A program made the translations under genes and the position numbers. The notes below the pieces were generated by a model. It worked only from the letters and a program-made list of their open reading frames with translations, ran no database searches and was not told the origin of the DNA. Of a DNA stretch of 64,000 bases, positions 55,423 to 64,000 are shown in pieces. The stretch's first letter is position 1; every line of letters begins with the position of its first letter. Source of the DNA: Eledone cirrhosa (taxonomy: Eukaryota); assembly GCA_964016885.1 (NCBI GenBank), contig OZ024740.1, forward strand, positions 220,162,001 to 220,226,000, written 5' to 3'.

Positions 55423-55512
55423 GCTAGTTGCTTCATACTTTTGGTTGGTAGTTGGTACATTATTGACTCAGCTGGGGTTATCCAAAATGAACATGATACT
55501 AGCTTCATATAT
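55423..55512 (+). CDS. Candidate isolated 90-nt internal coding exon (product unknown)
   Basis: CTAAT branch-like site plus TTTCAG acceptor; GTCAGT donor at 55513 (alternative AG|GT at 55539); open in two frames (ASCFILLVGSWYIIDSAGVIQNEHDTSFIY or LVASYFWLVVGTLLTQLGLSKMNMILASY). Confidence 0.3.
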
Positions 55513-57457
55513 GTCAGTTTGAATATTACAAACAATAGGTGTGATGGCATTTTGTTTAACAGAACATTTAGAATTAGAAAAAAAAAATATGATCTCATAA
55601 CTGGATTTTCTCTTAACAACAATGATTTTATGTGATAGTAAACAAGGTTGTTAGAAGAACACTTATTTTTTTTTTATCATCATTTAATGTATACTTTCCA
55701 CACTGGCATGAACTGGATTGATCATCACAGTCAGAGTCAGTTCTTATTCAGAGTTACTGCACTCCTAGATGGATCAGAGAAACATCTCTCTCATACATTC
55801 ATTTTTTATATGGTTTCTATGGTTGGATATCCTTCTAAACACCAATCACTTTACAGAGTGTACCAGGTGTATTTTATTGTGGCTTCCCAGCATTAGAGAG
55901 ACTGGTTATGAGCTTGGCAGGATTAAAGGGACTTTGCAACCCTATGTTGTTTTCACTTATTTGTCAGCCACTTTACAGAGTGTACAGCATGCACCAGCAC
56001 TAATGAGGTTGCATTGACTCTCTGAGTACTGACTAACTATAAGTTATCTCCATTCGTTCAAGGCAACAATATTAATCCTTTTGATACCAATCCACCCTAA
56101 ACTGCCTCTGTTTCTATAAAACAATATCCACCCATTTTTAAGTTTTCCAACTTAGATTAAAATTTTCCAACATAGTTTTATATATGAACCTTCTGTTAAT
56201 TTATTTCACAAATACCATCCCTCTTTTTTTTTTACTTTTTTTAATTATTTATTTTTATTATTACTTGTCTCTCTAGCTCTTTTTGATTACCAACTGTAAG
56301 GAGTACTTGATACTTCCCCTAGTCTGCCATGGCTTACTAGCTCTATACGGACGTTTAAATTGAATGAATAAATAAATAAATGAAATAAATAATAAGTTTA
56401 GTGAATTCTTCCAAATTTGTCATTATTTAATTAAAAAAACAATGTATTTCATTAGAAATATGGTCATGAAAGAGTTAAGAAAGGGAGGGGAAATAGAAGA
56501 AAGAGCAATGGTAGAAGAAACAGGCTGAGTGAATGGAAGGAGCAAGAGGAGGGTATGGTATTCAATTAAAAAATAGTGAATTCCATTAAAAATATGGTCA
56601 TGAAAGGGGAATAGTAAGGAGAGCAATGGTCGAAGAAAGAGGCTGAGTGAGTAGAAGGAGCAAGAGCAGGATGTGAACACTATAATTTGATAAAACAGAA
56701 AGCTATTTAGCAACTTGATATATCCCTTCATATTGGTATCACAAAAGCACACTCAGCCCACACTGTAAAGTGGTTGTGTAGGAGTCACGAGAAAAAGCAC
56801 CCAGCCCACACTGTAAAATGGTCGTGTAGGTGTCATAACAAAAAGCCCCCAGCCCACACTGTAAAGTGGTCATGTAGGTGTTACGACAAAATGCACCCAG
56901 CCCACACTGTAAAGTGGTTGGCGTTAGGAAAGGCATCCAGCCGTAGAAACCTAGCCAGAAACAGTTCTATATGAGCAAATCATGGTCACCTGACCCAACT
57001 TGCCTCTAATGTGACAACCCGTCTAACCCATGCTAGCGTGGAAAATGGATGTTAAACGATGATGATGGTATTACTGGTACTAATTTATTGAATTTGAAGG
57101 AAAAACCAGTAAAGTTGAATCTATCAGTATCAAAATTCAGAAATGTAAGACATTTAACTCTTACATTCTCATATTTCTAATGAAATACACCACCTATGGT
57201 TTTCAATTCATTTTGTAAATTATAAATCCTTGTATTTATTGTACAAAAGTTATACAATGATGGAAATATTTAAAAAAAAAAAAAAAGGATGAAAACAAAA
57301 TTAAGTAATGAAAAAAAAACTTAAATTGAGCTTTTTACAATCTTTCTAGTCTGAAAAATAACAACTATTATATAATTGAGATACATGTGAAATATATGCA
57401 TACAATGAGAACATATATTATATATATAAGTGTATACATATGTGTGTGTCTACTATT

Positions 57458-58010
57458 ATCATCATCATCATCATTTTACGTCCGCTTTTCCCTGTTTGCA
57501 AGGTTGGATGGGTCCTATCCAGCACAGCATCTCTCCACTTGTCACGGTCCTTCATCATCTCCTCGGTGAGTTTCAGCGATCTGAGGTCTACTCTCACCAC
57601 CTCCGCCCATGTTTTACGTGCTCTACCTCTTCTGCGTCTTCCTTCTACTGGGATATCTTTGCACTTCTTTACCCAGCGGTCATCCTCCATGCGCATCACA
57701 TGCCCATACCATCTCAGCCTTCTCTCTAGCACACCACAACTTATCCCTCTTATACCCAGTTTCTTTCTCAACTCGTCCATGCTTGGTCATTCACGCACAT
57801 TGACATTGCACATCCAACACAGCATACTTGCTTCATTTCTCTCCAGCCATCACATATCCTCTGCAGGTGCCGCCCATGTCTCACTACCATGCAGCATCGC
57901 GCATCTCACACAGGCATCATATAACCGTCCTTTCGTATGCAGGGAGAAACCCTTCTTTGTCAACAGAGGAAGCAACTCCCTAAACTTCTACCAACCCGTC
58001 CTTATTCTAG
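57458..58010 (-). mobile_element. RTE LINE 3' fragment, same subfamily as 2066-3290
   Basis: 'ERRLRWYGHVMRMEDDRWVKKC...GRARKTWAEVV'; ORF runs into the (GAT)n tail. Confidence 0.92.
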
Positions 58011-58820
58011 ATTATTATATACAACTATCTTGCATCTTACATTGCATCACACAGGTACACACAAACCTACACACACACACACACACACATACACTCACAC
58101 ACACACTGTATTTACCAGTTAAGTGCTTAAAGAGTGGCAGATTACAAAAGGGATTCTCTGAAAGGTGTTAGAGAGCAATAAAGCATGCTGGTGAAGAGTG
58201 CATAGTTGAAAGCAGGATGAAATTATTTTTAGCTGTTTCTATTTCAAATCTGAACACCTTAGGATGGCTTTAGAATGCTATATGTGTTTTGTGTAATAAC
58301 ATACTCACTGAATATTCTAAATATTGTAAACAAAAACACAGCAAAAAGATGACAATTAAGATAATGTCAGGAGACATATGTTTCAATTATACATAGCTAA
58401 CTGTACTGTTTGTCGTCTTTCAAATAAAAATATATAATAAGTAAAACTAAATGACTAGAGTATAAAACCAGCTAGGATATTATTTAGTTAATAATTATAT
58501 AATTATATATTCATTAATTATTTTGAGAGCCTATAATTAAAAGTTTTTTTTAGGGATTTTTTTTTTGTAAATAGAAATAAACAAAGGAAATTAGAATGTG
58601 TCATGTAAATGTTTCAGGTTCCTAGTGGACAGAATGATGAATGTGTTACCCTAAAGGATGGCAAGGAGAGTGTGCTGAAATAAATAGTCCACTTTAATAG
58701 GGCTCGTTTAATTTTAATATCATAATAATAGGTTTATTCTAATGAACTGTCATTGTTTTCTCAATCCTTTAACTTTCAACAGCTGGCACCTCACATCATA
58801 TGTTTTTTTATTATTATGTA

Positions 58821-59026
58821 ATAACGAATTTGAAGTTTGAAAGCCACAACAATGTGGATTGGACAAATAAATAATCAAGTCGTAGGAAACGAGGGGTGTT
58901 GTTTTACCTTAATTTATTCATATGTCCTGATATCTCGAAATATCAGAACATATGAATAAATTACGACTTGATTATATATTCGTCCAATCCGCATTGTTGT
59001 GGCTTTCAGACTTTGAATTCTTTATA
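58821..59026. repeat. ~200-bp fold-back (palindromic MITE-like) element
   Basis: GAAAGCCACAACAATGTGGATTGGAC / GTCCAATCCGCATTGTTGTGGCTTTC and AATTTATTCATATGT.CTGATAT / ATATCAG.ACATATGAATAAATT. Confidence 0.9.
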
Positions 59027-59114
59027 CCCTATACAATGCTTCACGTAAACTACAAATTCCTCCTATTATGTAATAAACTAACAGTAATGCATACACAACA
59101 TTATTTTTAGCTTT

Positions 59115-59462
59115 GCAGCAGAGAGTTACGGCCCTTTATGGTCTGAGCTCAAATCCCGCCGAGGTTGACTTTACCTTTCATCCTTACGGGGTCGATAAAA
59201 TAAAGTACCAGTAATGCACTGGGTAATTGCTGGCCTTGTGCATAAAGTAGAAACAATTATTTTTTAGCATAGGGCGGTGAATTGGCAGTATCGGTAGAGG
59301 GTCGGACGCCATGCTTTCTAGCATAGTTACGTCCCTTTACAGTCTGAGTTCAAATCCCGCCGAGGTTAACTTTGCCTTTCATCCTTACGGGGTCGATAAA
59401 ATAAAGTACCAGTAATGTACTGGGTAATTGCTGGCCTTGTGCCTAAAGTAGAAACAATTATT
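59115..59462 (+). mobile_element. Two tandem young Nin/Deu SINEs
   Basis: 59115-59262 (5'-truncated) and 59272-59462 (full length), each followed by ATTATTTTTAGCATA-like sequence. Confidence 0.9.
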
Positions 59463-59755
59463 TTTAGCATAACTGACATCATCATCATTATGATCATCAC
59501 CACCACCACTGTTTAAAATCTATTTTTCATGCTTGCATGAGTTAGATGTGTTGTCACATTTCAGAGGCTGACCCTGTCTTACTTGTACGTTCTGCCTTTG
59601 GCGTGGTTTCTACAGCTGGATGCTCTTCCTAACACTAACTATTTGTATCACAATAAATATTAAAGTCTGTAGTCTAATATTACAATCTTTCAATAATCTA
59701 TTTGCAAGTAAAAATACTATAAACATTTAAATTAACAAACCTATATATACATATA

Positions 59756-60395
59756 CTAGCAGGGGTACCCGGCGTTGCTCGGGTATTAAATAGCAGTTGT
59801 GTATACCATCTATGTCAATACTTCAGTGCTGCTTCGAAAACTATACTTTTACAAAATCATTGGCTTTTCCCAAAGGGTGTTCCTGTCCCCAGGGGTCCCC
59901 TACTCAATATGTGCCAATTCACATTCATCTGTAGAACAAACGTAGCCCATGTGTCAAGTTTTTTGAAAATCGGTTGCGAACTCCAGAAGTTATGACGTTT
60001 TGTTGCATTGCAGTGCAGTGCTTCGGTCGACTCCAAGGAAGCAGTTGAAGGGGGTTATCTGCTGGGAGGCCCTATAATCAATATCTGGAAAAATGAAAGT
60101 GCCCATGACCATCCGGAGTACATAAGTAACCTATGTCTTATGTTTGGTGAAAATACTGTAGAAATGCACAAGGCTTAAACACACGTGTGCGCGTGTGTGT
60201 GTTTGTGTGTGTGTATGTATTTTTGTGTGCGTATGTATATGTATGTGTATGTCCGTCTGTGCATACGTATGCACTGGCCTAAATCTTCACTATTTACTTT
60301 TACTATTTTAATAACCTCTGTCATTTTCGTTTTCAATTTTATTTACATCATTCTTAAACTCCGGGGCTGGAAATCATTCAGTTATTTTAAATAGA
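59756..60395 (-). mobile_element. Non-autonomous Helitron
   Basis: Minus strand: A|TCTATTTAAAATAA 5' end; hairpin ACCCGAGCAACGCCGGGT then ACCCCTGCTAG|T; internal (TG)n. Confidence 0.8.
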
Positions 60396-60952
60396 TTAGT
60401 CTAACGACTCCATTTATACTATAAACTTGTTCTTCTCAGCCCACATAATGACGTATTATCCTCGTTTTTTTTTCCGTTCATTGCCAGGGAACGTCCTCCC
60501 GAACCAAAATATCATCTTCCTGTTTTCCTTCGGTTGCAACGTTTCTCGAAATATTTACTTCTGCGTTCACAGATTGAATTTTTTAGTTTAAGAAGATCCC
60601 GTTAATGTTGAAAGCAGTGATTCTTTGCTTAAACTTTAATCTGTTCTTATAACAAATATATATATATAGGGAGAGAGAGAGAGAGAGAGAGAGATGCTTT
60701 GTACAGCTTTTGGAGGAAGGAGTGACCAGCAGTACCTTGTTCGGTATTATTACGAAAAGGTGTAGCAGAGAATCCCACATGAACTAACAGCTCGGGAGGA
60801 AACTGCTTATCTCGAACATTCATTCGCCATCATTCTTGTCGATTTTGGTATTTGTTGGTCTACAGTTAGATGAATGGTGCACAAAGGGTTAATGTTTAAT
60901 GGCAAGAAGTTTTTTGAATAATAAAAGACAGGTTAAAGCAACCTACAATGTA

Positions 60953-61005
<53 letters not shown>

Positions 61006-61010
<5 letters not shown>

Positions 61011-61183
61011 AACGAGTAGGACCCCGACGGCTGAGCTCAAGCTGTTTCGATGGCTAAGCTGTCGAAATGGCTTGAGCTCAGCCGTCGGGGTCCTACTCGT
61101 TCCTATTACCCACTCTACTACCCTAAGTATTGAGTACTTTGGTGCGTTATGGTCCACCTGGTTTCTTACCACATTTCCTTCGT
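61006..61183 (+). mobile_element. Penelope-like fold-back element (~100-bp palindrome plus unpaired tail) in (TA)n
   Basis: Near-perfect palindrome 61006-61106, then ACTCTAC(61112)...GTATTGAGTAC(61127). Confidence 0.7.
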
Positions 61184-61214
61184 TATATATATATATATAT
61201 ATATATATATAACG

Positions 61215-62012
61215 CATAAACGAACTAAGGAAAAAATTAGAAATAAGAGGGATCAGATGTTGTTTACTCGAGAGAAGGCTACGTTGGTACGGTCACGTGA
61301 TGCGCATGAAAGACGACAGCTGTATAACAAAGTGCAGGGCAATAAAGATAGACGGTAGCCACGGAGTAGGCAGACCCAGAAAAACATGGGACGAGCTGAT
61401 AAATTCCGACCTCACACGCTTACACCTCTCCAAGACAATGTCACTGGACCGAGACCTTTGGCGGTACTCAGTAATAGAGAAGACCCGCCTTACCTAAATA
61501 CAAAGTAAAAACCTACTACAGTCAGTAGGCATCTCTATCAAAACACCCCCCCCCCCCCCGTCCCACCACCTCCACCCCATCCACACCGCCCCTTTCAATG
61601 TAAAGTTATGTTGGTCCCACAACATCCAGGCCGAAACAAATGAGATCGTGTAGGTGTCACGACAAAAAAAACACACAGTCCACGCTGTAAATGTGGCCGT
61701 GTAGGCAACACGGTAAAAACCTCCCAGCCCCACACTGTAAATGTGGTTGGTGTTAGGAAGGGCATCCAGCTGTAGAAAACCCGCCAGACAGTCCACGCTG
61801 TAATGTGGCCGTGTAGGCAACACGGTAAAAACCTCCCAGCCCCACACTGTAAATGTCGTTGGTGTTAGGAAGGGCATCCAACTGTAGAAAACCCACCAGA
61901 CAGTCCTATGCGAGCAAGACAACCACTCTTGCCTCAAGTGGGAAAACCCCCGTCCAAACCCATGCAAGCGTGGAACACGGACGCTAAACCTGATGATGAT
62001 GATGATGATGAT
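61215..62012 (+). mobile_element. RTE LINE 3' fragment with ~100-bp internal duplication in the 3' UTR
   Basis: Near-identical to 41258-41935. Confidence 0.92.
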
Positions 62013-62314
62013 TTGCCCATATGAGTCTGTGAGTATTGATTTATTATTTTTTTAGATCGTACAGGCAAACTTTATGTTGTTGAATTAAGATATTTTCACT
62101 CTAGCGATTTTATTAGTCAATTGTAACTAAAATATGTAAATGTTCATCAAATATTAATTTAATATATATATATATGTGTGTGTGTATGTATGCATATATA
62201 TATGTGTGTGTATGTATGTATATATATATGTGTGTGTGTGTGTATATATACATATATTTTTATGTGTATATTTATATATGTGTACATGTGTATATCTATA
62301 TATGTGTATATGTT

Positions 62315-62369
<55 letters not shown>

Positions 62370-63043
62370 GTGTTTATATGTGTGTGTATATGTATATATG
62401 TGTATATATATATATGTATATATAAGTATATATGTATAATTGTGTGTGTGTGTGTGTGAGTGTGGGTGAATGTAGCGAAGATAATACGTCAGCAATGACG
62501 TGTTCGTCAGAATGTCGTTATGCAGACAGTCAGACATTCAGACAGATATTATATAAAACTATTTTATAAAAAATTATATAAAAATATATAAAAATATTTT
62601 TCATTAACCAGTATGCCACAACTACTGCTGTTTCTTTCTTCTATGACTACTACATTGGCCTATGCTCATTTGAATTAACTTTACATTAGCTAGTGGTGAT
62701 GTTTATTTATGTCCTGCATAAACAGAAGTCCTACAATACAGCTGTTAAATATGCAATGATTTATAGCCTACTTTTAAAAAAAACATGAGTGTTAACTGAA
62801 TGAAAGGGTACCTGGTCATAGTATGTTGCCTGAAAAGGTCTCATTCAACCAATACCACCATGGAAAAATGGTGTAAGAACGATGATGATGATGATGATAA
62901 TGAGGAGGAGGATGGGGGGGTGGGCTTATATATGAAATGGTGAATCAACACTGACAGAGTTTGTGTTTCTGTTTGAATTTAGTGAATAGAGAGACAAAAC
63001 TAAACAGTGCTATATATATATATATATATATATGTAATATATA

Positions 63044-63898
63044 TCTTTATTATATAGATGACTTCTACAGGACTAAAACAGTTTCCTTCATATGAACTCA
63101 TCAGAAATGTATGTATGTATGTATGTATATATGTATATGTCAGGTCACCAGTTGGTGCTACTGGTAACATGTATCCCAGTACAACCTGTCTCATGGTCGG
63201 GTCGTTGGCAACTAAACTGGCAACCCCACCAAGGTTTCTTGGTGAGGAGGGTGACTTTGGACATCCTGCAGGACTAAAAACAAAACCTGTCAAAGGGCAA
63301 AGGAGCTCTTAAGAGTCAATGGCCATCCAAAATCACTGGGAGAGATGACCCCTTAGCCTTTGTCAAGGCAGAATTCTAGGAGAAGGAAAACTCTGCAACC
63401 CTGATGGTATCCAATGATGTTGACTTGTTCTTCTTTTTGGTAAATATCACCTTGGTTAAGAGAGTGGGACTGGCTTCGTGCAGTGCCTTTGCTCACTCAT
63501 TGCTTTATATCTGGAGATCTCTCTGCACTTGTCGTCACACGGTACCATGGGCCCAGCACTATGTATCAATAATTGTTAAGTGTAGTGTTTGTACCAGAGT
63601 TTTCAAGTCGCTGGCTGGATTAAAAAGTCACACTCGTTCAGCGCATCAGTAGGGGTTCTCCTACATGGATATAAAGTAGTGGCCGTACTCGAAAACGAGT
63701 TGGCAGCCACCACCATGTATATATGTATGTATGTGAGTATGTATGTGTGTGCATGTACAGACATTCCTGATGATTTCATACAAATGAAACAGTTCTAGTC
63801 CTGTAGAAGTCATTTCTATATATAATAAAGAGGTCTATACTCTACCAATGTACTGAGTACCTTTTAATTGTGGATACCTCCTGACACAACTTGGGAAT
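63044..63898. mobile_element. Inverted Penelope-like pLTR pair with hammerhead motifs, split by a nested RTE derivative
   Basis: Left arm 63044-63110 is the inverted copy of 63761-63831; both read CTGATGA-stem-GAAAC; the right arm continues ACTCTAC..GTACTGAGTAC. Confidence 0.75.
63139..63717 (+). mobile_element. Bipartite non-autonomous RTE derivative, second copy
   Basis: Near-identical to 5581-6186; retains 'KCSVCTRVFKSLAGLKSHTRSAHQ*'. Confidence 0.88.
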
Positions 63899-63904
63899 CT
63901 ACAT

Positions 63905-64000
63905 ATGGCTTAGTGGTTAGAGGAAGGTTATTTGAATCCCGGACTGAGCAGTGCATTGTGTTCTTGAGCGAAACACTTTATTTCACATTGCTCCAGTTCA
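63905..64000 (+). mobile_element. CORE SINE 5' part (runs off window)
   Basis: TGGCTTAGTGGTTAGAG head and CTTGAGCGAAACACTTTATTTCAC. Confidence 0.75.

Overview
Eukaryotic, AT-rich, repeat-dense intronic/intergenic DNA, most likely from an octopod cephalopod. This is inferred from the combination of CORE-type and Nin/Deu-type tRNA SINEs, RTE LINEs with (GAT)n tails and very abundant (TA)n/(CA)n/(TATG)n microsatellites. No intact cellular gene is recognisable, and nearly all listed ORFs are microsatellite artefacts or LINE fragments. The window holds many 5'-truncated RTE LINEs, CRE-, Tx1- and CR1/Jockey-like fragments, several SINE families, piggyBac-, pogo/mariner- and hAT-type MITEs, and three non-autonomous Helitrons. 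A candidate promoter with an RFX X-box lies near 15 kb. Two observations stand out. (1) A zinc-finger RTE LINE copy at 9617-10791 has conserved motifs broken almost only by A-to-G changes on its sense strand, suggesting an ADAR-hyper-edited RNA was written back into the genome. (2) A set of Penelope-like fold-back elements carry minimal hammerhead-ribozyme motifs and share an ACTCTAC-n-GTA(T/C)TGAGTAC tail just outside the inverted repeat. All coordinates were read by eye, and boundaries of degenerate repeats are approximate.
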